A DNA stretch of 64,000 nt from NCBI GenBank assembly GCA_963666055.2, contig CAXWPH010000011.1, forward strand, positions 192,001 to 256,000, given 5' to 3'. Position numbers and translations under genes: made by a program. The DNA is from Acidobacteriota bacterium. Lineage in GTDB: Bacteria; Acidobacteriota; UBA890; WLXD01. Under the pieces are notes generated by a model. The model was not told the origin of the DNA. It did not search any database and saw only the letters and a list, made by a program, of their open reading frames with translations. Positions 44,307-54,462 of this stretch are shown here, piece by piece (within the stretch, counting starts at the first letter, position 1; every line of letters starts with the position of its first letter).

Positions 44307-46073
44307 CTACTGGTCGAACGACAGAAGACCGTCGGGGAAGTGTGCCATAAGCCGCTCGAGTGCGAGCTCCTCGACTTCCTGTGCGGTGCGGAACTCCATG
44401 GCCTGTGCAAGCAGTTGGCGCGTATCCCGCGCTGGCACCTTCCGGATCAGCCGCTTGATCACCGGAACGGAGCTCGGGGTCATGCTGAGCTCATCGATGC
44501 CGTATCCGAGAAACACCATCGCGGTCAATGGATCCGAGGCCGCTTCACCACACAGGCTGACGGGAACACCACGCTCACGGGCTCTGCTCACCACCTGTTC
44601 GAGCAATCGCAACACCGCCGGATGCAAGGGCTCGTAGAGATGCCCCACGCCGTCGTTGTTTCGATCCACCGCCAGCAGGTATTGAATCAAATCGTTGGTT
44701 CCGATCGAGAAGAAATCAACTTCCTCGGCAAGATGATCGACGATCAAGGCTGCAGCTGGCACCTCCAGCATCACACCAATCGGGACTTGTTCGGCGACGG
44801 CGTGCCCGGCAGCCAGCACCGCTTCCCGGGCTCGCCGTAGCGCTGCTTTCGCCTGGCGCACCTCGTCGAGATCGGTCACCAGCGGAAACACGACGCGCAA
44901 ATCGCCATGCACGCTCGCCCGATACAGGCCGCGCAACTGAGTTTCGAACAGTTCCAGCTTCTCGAGCGACTGCCGGATACCGCGCACGCCGAGCAAGTTG
45001 CTGTCCGCTTGAATGGCGCCCTGACGACCCGGGAGCGCTTTCTCACCGCCCAGATCGAGGGTGCGGATAGTAACCGGTTCGGGGCTCATGGCCTCCAGAA
45101 CGGCACGGTACTCCCGATAGTGGGCTTCTTCGTCGGGCAGACAGTCAGGTGACCTCAGATAGAGGAACTCCGATCGGAACAACCCCACCCCCGCAGCGCC
45201 GAACCGCAGCGCCGTTTCAGCCTCGTCGGCGCTCTCGATGTTCGCGGCCAACCGTACCTGGACGCCATCGGGGCTGATCGCAGGCAGGTCGCGGTCGCGT
45301 AACAGCGCCTTGTCGCGGCGGCGAGTCGACGATTGTTTGTCGCGATATCGGGTCAGCAACTCGGCGTCAGGATGAACGACGACCGTGCCGTCGCTGCCGT
45401 CGACAATGACCTGGTCCCCAGTGCGAACCCACTCGCTGGTGTCGTGGGCGCCGACGACGGCCGGGATCTGCAGCGAGCGGGCCATGATCGCCGTGTGGCT
45501 GGTGCGTCCACCAACATCGGTCACAAAGCCCAGCACTCGATCCCGATTCAGCAGAGCGGTATCCGAGGGCGAAAGGTCGTAGGCAAAGAGCACCGGCAAG
45601 TCGCGGAGATCCTCGAGCCTCATTCCCTCCTCGCCGCTCAGAGTCCGCAGCAACCGCGTTGTCAGATCACCGAGATCATTGCGACGCTCGCGCAAGTACG
45701 GATCGGCGATGCGGGCGAAACGCGCGCTCAGATCGTCGCCCACCGACTTGACCGCCCACTCGACGTTCTGCCCGAGCTTACGTATGCGATCACGGATGGG
45801 TTCAACGAGGCCGCTGCCGTCGAGCATCAGACGCTGCGCATCGATGATCTGGGCAATGTCGTGGCCCAGTTCCCGGTCGGTTATCTCTTCGATTGCCGCG
45901 AGCTGTTGCCGCACACTCGCGACAGCGGCGTCCAGTCGCACCAGCTCATGCTCGATCCGATCCTCCGACAGCTCGTAGCGCGGCACGTGGCTCACGCGGC
46001 GCTCGATCACGAATGCGGTTCCGATGGCAATGCCCGCAGACACCCCGATCGCCTGACGAACGACGGGCTCCAT
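44307..46073 (-). CDS. ptsI: PEP-protein phosphotransferase (PTS enzyme I)
   Basis: GGRTSHTAIMARS, GLFRSEFL, RTLDLGG.K, FFSIGTNDLIQY, CGEAA; start set at MEPVVRQAIGVS. Confidence 0.96.
   Translation of the reverse strand: MEPVVRQAIGVSAGIAIGTAFVIERRVSHVPRYELSEDRIEHELVRLDAAVASVRQQLAAIEEITDRELGHDIAQIIDAQRLMLDGSGLVEPIRDRIRKLGQNVEWAVKSVGDDLSARFARIADPYLRERRNDLGDLTTRLLRTLSGEEGMRLEDLRDLPVLFAYDLSPSDTALLNRDRVLGFVTDVGGRTSHTAIMARSLQIPAVVGAHDTSEWVRTGDQVIVDGSDGTVVVHPDAELLTRYRDKQSSTRRRDKALLRDRDLPAISPDGVQVRLAANIESADEAETALRFGAAGVGLFRSEFLYLRSPDCLPDEEAHYREYRAVLEAMSPEPVTIRTLDLGGEKALPGRQGAIQADSNLLGVRGIRQSLEKLELFETQLRGLYRASVHGDLRVVFPLVTDLDEVRQAKAALRRAREAVLAAGHAVAEQVPIGVMLEVPAAALIVDHLAEEVDFFSIGTNDLIQYLLAVDRNNDGVGHLYEPLHPAVLRLLEQVVSRARERGVPVSLCGEAASDPLTAMVFLGYGIDELSMTPSSVPVIKRLIRKVPARDTRQLLAQAMEFRTAQEVEELALERLMAHFPDGLLSFDQ
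44328..44348. repeat. 21-bp direct repeat within the ptsI 3' end (att-like, proximal copy)
   Basis: Identical to 42551-42571. Confidence 0.85.
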
Positions 46074-46241
46074 GCCGACTAGTGTCCTGTAACAGAGGTT
46101 CGTTGCATATTGTGGCGCGCGCCACCAAGTCGGACCCAAGGTGGCTCGATGAGGGCGATGCTGTGCGCATCGCAGAGGAGGGCGGATGGCGCAGACGGTC
46201 GGTCGCGCGGCCACCCGCTCAACATGCTCCCCGCACCGGCG

Positions 46242-46508
46242 CTACTCCTCGCCGAAGAGGTTGTTCACCAGGTCCGTCAGGGCATCGACCGCGTTGTGCT
46301 CATCGGGACCGTCGGCGATTACCAGGATCCGGCTTCCCTTGGGCGCCGCCAGCAGCAGGACGCCGATGATGCTCTTGCCGTTCACCGTTATGGCGTCCTT
46401 GCCGACCTGAATCTCGCACTCGAAAGGACTGGCGCACTTGACGAACTTGGCGGCAGCACGGGCATGTAGGCCGAGCTTGTTGAGGATCACCAGTTCTTTT
46501 TGGATCAT
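46242..46508 (-). CDS. ptsH: Phosphocarrier protein HPr
   Basis: NKLGLHARAA (His15) and NGKSIIG (Ser46). Confidence 0.96.
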   Translation of the reverse strand: MIQKELVILNKLGLHARAAAKFVKCASPFECEIQVGKDAITVNGKSIIGVLLLAAPKGSRILVIADGPDEHNAVDALTDLVNNLFGEE

Positions 46509-46538
46509 CTGCTCATGCCGCGCGTCGCATCCATCGGT

Positions 46539-46985
46539 CTACAACTTTTCCTGAGTCGAGAGGATCTCGCTAGCCACACGCACGCTGCTCTGGCCGCGGT
46601 CGCGCACCTGGCAAGCGATTTCCGCCAGCGACGCGCCGCTACCTTGCAGGTTCGCCAGCTTGACCAACATCGGCAGGTTGACGCCGGTAAGAATCTCCAC
46701 GCACCCGGTTTCGAGGAACGAGAGGCTGACGTTGGTGGGCGTGCCGCCGAACATGTCCGTGAAGATCAGCACACCGCTCGGCGCGGTCACCTCGCCGATT
46801 GCCCTTTCGATCTGGTCGCGCGCGTCGGCGACCTCACCATCCCAGTCGATCGACACCGCGCGGATATGTTCGATCGGACCGACGATGCGCTCGGCAGCCT
46901 TGAGGAGCTCCGTTGCCAGTCCCCCATGAGTAACCACAACTGCCCCGACGGAAACGGGTGGCGGGGCGTTACTTCCGCCGGTCAT
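46539..46985 (-). CDS. PTS EIIA component, mannose/fructose family
   Basis: VVTHG.LA, TDMFGGTP.N, GVNLPML. Confidence 0.93.
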   Translation of the reverse strand: MTGGSNAPPPVSVGAVVVTHGGLATELLKAAERIVGPIEHIRAVSIDWDGEVADARDQIERAIGEVTAPSGVLIFTDMFGGTPTNVSLSFLETGCVEILTGVNLPMLVKLANLQGSGASLAEIACQVRDRGQSSVRVASEILSTQEKL

Positions 46986-47866
46986 CGAGCCGCGCTACGC
47001 GCCGTCGCGTCGCTGAGGTCTGCGTGCGTGAGCGTAGTCGGATACCCGCGTTCGCCCAGGTGTGCGGCCACCAAGCTGGCTATGGCGACAGACCGGTGCC
47101 GTCCGCCCGTGCATCCGAATGCCAGCGTGAGGTACGTCTTCCCTTCCTCGCCATACCGCGGCAGAAGGAACGACAAGAGCCGTTCCAGATGTTGGAGAAA
47201 CTCTGCCGTGCCGGAGCTCGACTCTACGAAATGGCGCACCGGATCGTCCAAACCGGTAAGCGCTCTGAGCTCGGGATCGTAGTGCGGGTTCGGCAGGAAC
47301 CGTACGTCGAAGACCAGATCGGCGTTCGGCAACACGCCGTTGCGATACGCAAAACTAGTAACTGCGACATTGAGAGACGGAGCTTCCTCTTCGGCGAAGC
47401 GCTTGAGCAAGAACTCACGCAGCGAACGAACGCTGAACTCGCCGGTATCGATCACCGCATCCGCGAGGCTGCGCAATGGCAGCAGCACTTGGCGCTCCTG
47501 CAGAATTCCCTCCGCCACGGACCCCCTCGGGGCCAGGGGATGTGGCCTACGAGTCTCGGAGAAACGCTGCACCAATACGCTGTCGGGAGCATCGAAGAAC
47601 AGCAGCAGAGACCGAGGTGAGCGCTCCTTGACATCCGACCATGCCGGCCCGAACTGCTCCAGAAACTCCCCGGTGCGTGCGTCGACCGCCAGCGCCAGGC
47701 GCGGCAAGCTAGGGGTGCTCCGATGGCATAGGTCGATGCAGGTCTCCATCAGCGGCGGCGGCAAGTTGTCGACGCAGTAGTAGCCAATATCCTCGAAGGC
47801 GCGCAACGCGCTGGTCTTGCCGGCACCAGACATCCCCGAGACGATCAGGATGCGGCGCCCGCTCAT
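46982..47866 (-). CDS. rapZ: RNase adapter / P-loop NTPase RapZ (YvcJ)
   Basis: GMSGAGKT, CVDNLP, RFSETRRPHPL, DVRFLPNP, GCTGGRHRSV. Confidence 0.95.
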   Translation of the reverse strand: MSGRRILIVSGMSGAGKTSALRAFEDIGYYCVDNLPPPLMETCIDLCHRSTPSLPRLALAVDARTGEFLEQFGPAWSDVKERSPRSLLLFFDAPDSVLVQRFSETRRPHPLAPRGSVAEGILQERQVLLPLRSLADAVIDTGEFSVRSLREFLLKRFAEEEAPSLNVAVTSFAYRNGVLPNADLVFDVRFLPNPHYDPELRALTGLDDPVRHFVESSSGTAEFLQHLERLLSFLLPRYGEEGKTYLTLAFGCTGGRHRSVAIASLVAAHLGERGYPTTLTHADLSDATARSAAR

Positions 47867-48870
47867 TCGAGATCTCCCTCGTCTAATCCATAGGCGCCCA
47901 CCTTGAAGTGCGGGTGCGGCTGCTCCATCGCGTTGCGCAGCCGTAATTCCAGGTCGGCCGCCGGGTTGAGCCCCTTGAAACGCAACAGCAGGTTGCGGGC
48001 CGCAACCTCGACGAGGTTCGAAAGACTGCGGCCGGGCACCACCGGCAGCCGCACCAGCGGAATCTCGACGCCCAACAGCTCAGTGGTCTCGGCATCGAAG
48101 CCCAGTCGCTCGCAATCGTCGTTGACATCGCCACGCTGGAGATCGATGACCAACTCAACGCGCTTGCGCTGACGGGTCGCGGCTACGCCGAACAAGTGCG
48201 CGATGTTGATGATTCCGAGTCCCCGCACTTCCATGTGATGACGCACGAGCTCAGACCCACGCGCCACCAGAATTTCGTCCTGTCGGCACCGGATCTCGAC
48301 GACATCGTCCGAGACCAGCCGATGGCCGCGCATCACCAGGTCGAGCGCACACTCACTCTTGCCGATCCCCGAAGGCCCGGTGAGCAGCACGCCGACGCCG
48401 AAAACATCGACCATTACTCCGTGCACGGTCGTACGCGGTGCGAAGTGCGCGTCGAGAAAGTGGTTCAAGCGATCGATGAACGTTGACGACAACAGCTGGC
48501 TGCGCAGCAGTGGAATGTCCTGCGCCTCGCACAGCTCGGCGAGCTCCGGCGGCACCCCCAAACCCTTCGTAATCGCCACGCACGACAGCGGACAAGCGGT
48601 GATCGGCTCCAGCAGTTCGCGCTGGCGTTCGGCATCGAGAGCCACCAGGTAGGTGATCTCGGATTCACCGAAGACCTGCACGCGTCCAGGATGGATAGAG
48701 GCCACATGGCCGGCCATCGCCAGGCCCGGCTTCTGAATGCGTTGGTGGGTGATTAGCTTCTCGACGCCCGATCCCCCGGCAATGAGCTCCACCTCCAGGT
48801 AATCCTTGCCGGCATCGAGCAGCTCGAGAACCGCTACTCCGGCAGTTGCATCCGACGCCGCTGAGCTCAC
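47863..48870 (-). CDS. hprK: HPr(Ser) kinase/phosphorylase
   Basis: HGVMVDVFGVGVLLTGPSGIGKSECAL, GHRLVSDD, EVRGLGIINI. Confidence 0.96.
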   Translation of the reverse strand: MSSAASDATAGVAVLELLDAGKDYLEVELIAGGSGVEKLITHQRIQKPGLAMAGHVASIHPGRVQVFGESEITYLVALDAERQRELLEPITACPLSCVAITKGLGVPPELAELCEAQDIPLLRSQLLSSTFIDRLNHFLDAHFAPRTTVHGVMVDVFGVGVLLTGPSGIGKSECALDLVMRGHRLVSDDVVEIRCRQDEILVARGSELVRHHMEVRGLGIINIAHLFGVAATRQRKRVELVIDLQRGDVNDDCERLGFDAETTELLGVEIPLVRLPVVPGRSLSNLVEVAARNLLLRFKGLNPAADLELRLRNAMEQPHPHFKVGAYGLDEGDLE

Positions 48871-48891
48871 TCGTCTACGTCCCGATCAACC

Positions 48892-49236
48892 TCAAGAAGC
48901 GTCGACCGTTTCGGTGATCACCGAGACGGCGTGACGTCGACGCTCGACGAGTTTGTCGTGTGCCTTTCGCGTCTGGCTGTCGAGTCGTCGTAGCACGTCG
49001 CGCACGGCGACGGCGGGGTCAGGCGACTCCTGCTTGGCGGTGAACGTGCCCAAGCGGTGTCGCACGATAATCTCCACCGTATGTCGTTCCAAGGGGCTGT
49101 CTCCCTCCTTCGTCACGACCACATGCGCTCCCCGATCGCCTTGCAGGAAACGTTCGAGCTTACCCAAGTGCTGTTCGATCTTGTCGCGCAGCTCTCTGCC
49201 CACCGAAGTGCCACGGGCGGTCCAGTCAATCTTCAT
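48892..49236 (-). CDS. hpf: Ribosome hibernation factor (HPF/RaiA family)
   Basis: MKID.TAR...LRD.IE..L.KL.RF pattern; directly downstream of rpoN. Confidence 0.8.
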   Translation of the reverse strand: MKIDWTARGTSVGRELRDKIEQHLGKLERFLQGDRGAHVVVTKEGDSPLERHTVEIIVRHRLGTFTAKQESPDPAVAVRDVLRRLDSQTRKAHDKLVERRRHAVSVITETVDAS

Positions 49237-49296
49237 GGAGTCGGCTTCCTCCTTGACGAAAAAGGACGATCAGTCCGATACCCACTCAGCACACTA

Positions 49297-50733
49297 CTAC
49301 CCTATCGCGCGCCGGACCCTCGAGGCAGGTATCCGCATTTCCTCGCGGTACTTCGCCACCGTGCGTCGGGCGATCACCAGCCCCCCTTCTTTGAGCCGGT
49401 TGGCAATGGCGGCGTCGGACATCGGCTTCCGTGCCTGCTCCGACTCGATGAGCCTACGGATCTTGTCCTTGACGCTTACCGATGACACCTCTGAGCCGCT
49501 CGCGTGTCCTAGGCCGCTGTGGAAGAAGAATCGCATCTCCAACAGGCCCTGCGGCGTATGCATGTACTTGCCGTTGACGACGCGCGAGACCGTTGACTCG
49601 TGCATGCCGATGTCGTCCGCGACATCCCGCAGCACCATCGGGCGTAGCGCTGTCAGCCCGTGATCGAAGAAGTCGTGCTGATACGCAAGGATGCTTGCCG
49701 CGACCTTGCCGATAGTTCGCTGCCGCTGGCCATATGACTTGATGAGCCACAGCGCCGAACGCATCTTCTCCTGCAAGTATTCGTTTGCCTTCTTGGAGAG
49801 GCCGTTGTCGGAGCGCAGCATGTCACGGTACAAACGCGACACGCGCAGCTTCGGAAGGCCGTCATCGTTTACCGTGGCCACGTAGTCGTCTCCGTCCTTG
49901 CGGACGTATACGTCCGGAACGATGTAACGCGGCGACTCCGACGTAAACTGCTGTCCGGGCTTGGGATTGAGCGTGCGGATGATGTCGACCGCTTCAGAAA
50001 TCTCTTCGGCGCGCGCGCGGGTAGCACGTGCGATCTCCTTGAAGCGGTAGGCGGCTAGCGCGTCCATGTGGTCCCGCACAATGATGCCCGGCAACTGCTG
50101 CTCGACGCCGAGGCGCTCCAGTTGCAAGAACAGGCATTCGCGCAGGTCACGCGCTGCTACCCCGAGTGGATCCAACTCCTGCACCGCAGCTAGGACCCTC
50201 TGGACCTCGAGAACGGGCCACCGCCCCATTTCGGCGATCTCCTCGCAGCTGGCGCGCAGATAGCCGCTCTCGTCCAGGTTGCCAAGAATCATCCGGCCAA
50301 TTGCCATCCGGCCAGGAGCCAAGGACGTCGTTTCCAATTGCCAGATCAGATGATCAACCAACGAGGGCAGGGCGGTCAGCGTGTTCTCGAACGGCAACGC
50401 CTCGCCCTGCTCGTACATGTTCGCGGTGGTGGGCTGATAGTCGAACATCTTGGAGAAGAACTCGTCGGCGTCGAAGTTGTCGCCCAACTCCTCGGTGCCC
50501 GCTGCCACCTCGTCCGTCGTCTCGGTGGCCGCTTCGGCCTCGGCGAGCTCGGCAGCACTGGGCTCCTCACGTTCCTCGCCCTCCTCCAGGACGGGGTTCT
50601 CCACCATCTCCTGCTGTAGCGTGGCCTCTAACTCGAGCCTGTTGAGCTGCAGAAGCTTGATCGCCAGCTGCAAGGCCGGTGTCATCACCAGCCGTTGCTG
50701 CAAGCGCATGGAAAGTCGTAGTTCGAGTGCCAT
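49297..50733 (-). CDS. rpoN: RNA polymerase sigma-54 factor
   Basis: MTPALQLAIKLLQL, HESTVSR, RpoN box ARRTVAKYRE. Confidence 0.98.
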   Translation of the reverse strand: MALELRLSMRLQQRLVMTPALQLAIKLLQLNRLELEATLQQEMVENPVLEEGEEREEPSAAELAEAEAATETTDEVAAGTEELGDNFDADEFFSKMFDYQPTTANMYEQGEALPFENTLTALPSLVDHLIWQLETTSLAPGRMAIGRMILGNLDESGYLRASCEEIAEMGRWPVLEVQRVLAAVQELDPLGVAARDLRECLFLQLERLGVEQQLPGIIVRDHMDALAAYRFKEIARATRARAEEISEAVDIIRTLNPKPGQQFTSESPRYIVPDVYVRKDGDDYVATVNDDGLPKLRVSRLYRDMLRSDNGLSKKANEYLQEKMRSALWLIKSYGQRQRTIGKVAASILAYQHDFFDHGLTALRPMVLRDVADDIGMHESTVSRVVNGKYMHTPQGLLEMRFFFHSGLGHASGSEVSSVSVKDKIRRLIESEQARKPMSDAAIANRLKEGGLVIARRTVAKYREEMRIPASRVRRAIG

Positions 50734-50736
50734 GGC

Positions 50737-51549
50737 TCAGTTGAGGCTAAAGGACTCGCCGAGGTAGATCTTGCGGACCTGCGGATCGCGCTCGAGATCT
50801 CCAGGGGCACCGGAGCGGAATATCTGGCCATCCGTGAGGATGTAGGCGCGATCGGTGATGCGCAGCGTCTCGCGCACGTTGTGATCGGTTACCAGCACGC
50901 CGATCCCGCGCATCCGCAGCTCGCGTACGAGCTTCTGGATATCGCTGATGGCTATCGGATCGATGCCCGTGAACGGCTCGTCAAGAAGCAGGAAGGACGG
51001 ATTGGTCGTCAGGGCACGAGCAATCTCGACCCGCCGGCGCTCGCCACCCGAAAGAGTGTAGGCTCGATGGTCTGCGAGATGGGTGAGCCCGAGATCGGCC
51101 AGCAACACCTTGCAACGGCGCTGGCGCTCCTGGCGGGTAAGTCGCAGGCCCTCGAGGATCGCCATGAGGTTTTCCTCTACGGTGAGGCGTCGGAACACGG
51201 ACGGCTCCTGCGGCAGGTACGAGATCCCATGGCGACGCGCCCGGATGTACATAGGCTCGCGGGTAATCTCGATGTCAGCAGCGTAGATTCGTCCCTCGTC
51301 GGGACGAACCAGCCCGACCACCATGTAGAACGTGGTCGTCTTTCCGGCACCGTTGGGGCCGAGCAGGCCGACGACCTCACCCTGAGAGATGCTGAAGTTG
51401 ATCCCGTCGACCACCCGGCGACCGCCGTACGCCTTGACCAGACCGTCAACCCGTAGAGTCCGCGCCGGCAGGTCCGGCTCCGTGCCCGGCAGCGGCCCTG
51501 CACCGCTCACCGACACCGCCGGCGGCGAGAGATTCGATCGTTCATGCAT
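50737..51549 (-). CDS. lptB: LPS export ABC transporter ATPase LptB
   Basis: [54 protein letters not shown]; start at 51549 supported by TGGTACGAT 6 nt upstream. Confidence 0.96.
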   Translation of the reverse strand: MHERSNLSPPAVSVSGAGPLPGTEPDLPARTLRVDGLVKAYGGRRVVDGINFSISQGEVVGLLGPNGAGKTTTFYMVVGLVRPDEGRIYAADIEITREPMYIRARRHGISYLPQEPSVFRRLTVEENLMAILEGLRLTRQERQRRCKVLLADLGLTHLADHRAYTLSGGERRRVEIARALTTNPSFLLLDEPFTGIDPIAISDIQKLVRELRMRGIGVLVTDHNVRETLRITDRAYILTDGQIFRSGAPGDLERDPQVRKIYLGESFSLN

Positions 51550-51599
51550 GCAGATATCGTACCAATGTGGCAGCAACTCGGTCAACGTGACAAGAGACC

Positions 51600-51830
51600 G
51601 CCGATTCGTTGATTTTCTGTGTGTTTAAACGAACTTACGCTCGTCGATCGAATCTTTTGAGCTCCGATATCGGAGACTCGCATACCTGTGCTGCATACTC
51701 AGAGATGACTTATATTAAGTTATACAGATGTATATAGGCTAATACTATTGTTTAACAATGAATTAAAGATTTTAGTTGATTTATTATATGGTTTACTGCT
51801 TTTATAGTCACTGAGATCCAAGAACAAGCC
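51600..51830. promoter_or_regulatory. AT-rich divergent promoter region with several dyads
   Basis: 51721-51780 has only 13 G+C in 60 nt; palindromes CTCCGATATCGGAG (51662-75), TATACA-GA-TGTATA (51721-34), ATTGTT-T-AACAAT (51747-59); TATAGT at 51803-08. Confidence 0.6.
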
Positions 51831-51848
51831 CCCGCCGGACAAGGCCTA

Positions 51849-52289
51849 ATGAAGCTCGGACAGATACTTCTATTCCGCAAGCTGATCGGGCGCGATCAGC
51901 TTCGTGAAGCGCTGCGGCGCCAACGCGCTACGGGTCGCCCAGTCGGCGAGATCCTGCTGCGTATGGGCGTAATCTCCCGCGCCAATATCGTCGAAGCGCT
52001 GCTCGCACAGCCGAAAGCGTCGGTGAACGCCGCCGCGTTGGCGAAGGTGAGTGCAGAGGTCGTTCATGCAGTTCCACGTCCCCTAGCAGAACGGCACTGC
52101 TGCCTCGGGCTGGTACGCAGCGACGGGCATCTGGTACTTGCAATGGTGGACCCTCTGGATCAGTCGGTGATCGCCGAGGTCGAGGCGGCAACGCAGCTCT
52201 GCGTCCTACCCGTAGCAGCATCTGGCGGTGATCTACGGGACGCAATCGCAACCAAGTACACGAGCTCGCAAGCGTGCGGCGCAGACTAG
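51849..52289 (+). CDS. Stand-alone MshEN / T2SSE_N domain protein (putative c-di-GMP receptor)
   Basis: Tandem motifs KLGQILL...QL..AL..Q and VGEILL..G......EAL..Q, then AMVDPLD; no ATPase domain. Confidence 0.85.
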   Translation: MKLGQILLFRKLIGRDQLREALRRQRATGRPVGEILLRMGVISRANIVEALLAQPKASVNAAALAKVSAEVVHAVPRPLAERHCCLGLVRSDGHLVLAMVDPLDQSVIAEVEAATQLCVLPVAASGGDLRDAIATKYTSSQACGAD

Positions 52290-52314
52290 GCACCTCCCGG
52301 GGCTGAGGCCGACA

Positions 52315-54462
52315 ATGCGCACCGACAGCATCCAAACGGACGCGGCTGAGCCTGACGGAGCCCTGGCGGAAGCGCTACAGCGGCTCGACATCGCCGTACA
52401 AACAAGCCGCATGTACCCCGCATCGGCGCCGACGGTCGTACAGTCCGTCGAAGTGGCTCATGCTTCGCTGGTGGCCGCGATAGGCGACGAGCCGGTTTCA
52501 CTCCAGATCCGACCCCAAGAGATCTCGTGGGTCGACCGCCTCACCAAGGAGACTCAATCCGCCATTCTCGAGCGCCTCGCAGAACAGCTTCACCGGCGGC
52601 ACGTTGCACGCCTCACTCTAGGCCCCGGCCTGTCTCTGGAGTCGGTCCTGACGCTGATTGGCGCCCTGGCGCAACGGGAATTCGAGCATAACGACGACGC
52701 CCTGTTGCTCGGAACGATCCCTGGGATCCGCGCGGATCCGCTGGAGCTGCAGGGCTTGGTCGACGGAGGCTCGCAACGCTTCGACCCGGACGACGTCTGG
52801 GGCCAGATCCTGGCTGAGTTCGGCAGCGGCACCGACGATAGCCCCGACTGGGAAGGCATCGCTTTGGATGCAGAGCGTGCGCGGGGCTTTCTCCGGTGGG
52901 CTCTGGATCCCGAGCATCAGCCGGCCGCGATGGCTCACCATTCCCAGACAGACGGTTTCACGCTGCTCGTCGAGCAGATCGCCGGGCGCGCGCCTCAGGT
53001 CGAGAACCTCATCGAAACGCTGGTCGAGGCCTCCACAAGCCTGTTCGACGAGCTCGACCTAGAGGCCTGGATCGACATCCTGACCGACCCGTTGCCGCTG
53101 CAGACTGACGAAGCGAGCGCCCCAGTCGATCTCACGAAACGCCTCGCGAAAGCACTCTCCAGCGGTCAAGTGATGCGCCTAGTGAACTACACCATGAGCT
53201 CGCGGTCGCGAGCTACGCCGCGACTCTACAAGTTCCTGTCGCGGGTCGTTGCCAGCCGCCCAGAGCGATCGGAGATCGCCAACCGTGCGGTACAGATGAC
53301 CAACAGCTCTCCGGTCGAGCTCGCCAAGGCATGGCCCGATCTAATCGAGGTCATGACAGGCGAGAACCCGGATCCTTTCCTGCACCGCGACTATCGAGCG
53401 TTGCTGGAGGACGACTCTGAGATCGGCAAGTCGGCATGGAACAGCGCCAAGGTCCGGGCGCGCTTCGGCGAGCTGGACGGCGACTCCCTGCGTGTACGAA
53501 AGACGCGGATCGCCCACTCGTTGTTGGTGAGCAATCGCGAGTCCCGCTTCTACGAGCACCTGGTGGATGCCCTCGGGAGCTCCCTCGAGACCATCGTGCG
53601 AATGGGCGAGCTGACGCTGCTGGAGGAGATCCTGCTCACGCTGGCGCAACATATCAGTGATGCCGACCGACCCGGCGCAGAGCGCCAGCTAGCCCATCAA
53701 GCGCTGCTTGGCATGCAACAGCGGGAGCTCATCGTGCTGCTCGTCCAGCGCCTCGCCCGGGCCGGCGGGGACGGCTTCCACGCCCTCTGGAGAATAGTGG
53801 AGCATCTGGGACAGCAGTTCCTGCCCGAATTGCTCCAGGCGCTTGCGACAACTAGGTCGCCCTCATACCGGCACCATCTACTACGCATCCTGCGAGGAGT
53901 CAGCGAGCTGCCGCTAGAGGAGTTCGGAGAGTCGCTCAACGACCGCCGCACACCGTATGTACGGGATTTCGTGTGGTTGCTGGCGGAGCTGCGCCGGCCG
54001 GAGCTGGCCCCGCTGCTGCAGGCTGCGGCAACCCACGCCGATGCCAAAGTCCGCAGCGAGGCGCTCGGCGGCTTCGCCTTCCTGTCCGACGAGCCATCGG
54101 AGCTTGCACTCCTTGAAGCCCTCGCAGACACCTCTCTCGAGGTGCGCGTGGCAGCGTTGCGGGCGTTCCGACAACGGTTCGCGAGCCGCTCGCAAGAGCG
54201 CCTGCTGGGCTATTTGTCGCTGCCCAACTGGAACGGCGAAAATACGCGGCTGATTGCCGCAGCCCTCAGTGTGCTCGGTCAGATCGGCGACGAAGCGGCT
54301 CTGGCGGCCATCGTGCCGTTGGCGCGGCGGACTTGGATATTCCGACGGCGTAGACGCACGGTGACCCAGGCGGCTATCGGCGCGGTGCAGAGCATCAACC
54401 AACGTGCGCAGCAGCGGAGCGCAGCAGCGCCACAACCGCAGGAAACTACCCGTGCCGCCTGA
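52315..54462 (+). CDS. Large helical protein with C-terminal HEAT repeats
   Basis: LND.R.PYVR, H.D.KVR.EAL, LAD.SLEVR.AAL repeats; N-terminal MYP..AP domain. Confidence 0.75.
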   Translation: MRTDSIQTDAAEPDGALAEALQRLDIAVQTSRMYPASAPTVVQSVEVAHASLVAAIGDEPVSLQIRPQEISWVDRLTKETQSAILERLAEQLHRRHVARLTLGPGLSLESVLTLIGALAQREFEHNDDALLLGTIPGIRADPLELQGLVDGGSQRFDPDDVWGQILAEFGSGTDDSPDWEGIALDAERARGFLRWALDPEHQPAAMAHHSQTDGFTLLVEQIAGRAPQVENLIETLVEASTSLFDELDLEAWIDILTDPLPLQTDEASAPVDLTKRLAKALSSGQVMRLVNYTMSSRSRATPRLYKFLSRVVASRPERSEIANRAVQMTNSSPVELAKAWPDLIEVMTGENPDPFLHRDYRALLEDDSEIGKSAWNSAKVRARFGELDGDSLRVRKTRIAHSLLVSNRESRFYEHLVDALGSSLETIVRMGELTLLEEILLTLAQHISDADRPGAERQLAHQALLGMQQRELIVLLVQRLARAGGDGFHALWRIVEHLGQQFLPELLQALATTRSPSYRHHLLRILRGVSELPLEEFGESLNDRRTPYVRDFVWLLAELRRPELAPLLQAAATHADAKVRSEALGGFAFLSDEPSELALLEALADTSLEVRVAALRAFRQRFASRSQERLLGYLSLPNWNGENTRLIAAALSVLGQIGDEAALAAIVPLARRTWIFRRRRRTVTQAAIGAVQSINQRAQQRSAAAPQPQETTRAA

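Noticed and set aside
44307-48870. PTS cluster without EIIB/EIIC as a novel system
   Set aside because: hprK-rapZ-EIIA-HPr-EI next to rpoN is a well-known regulatory PTS arrangement.
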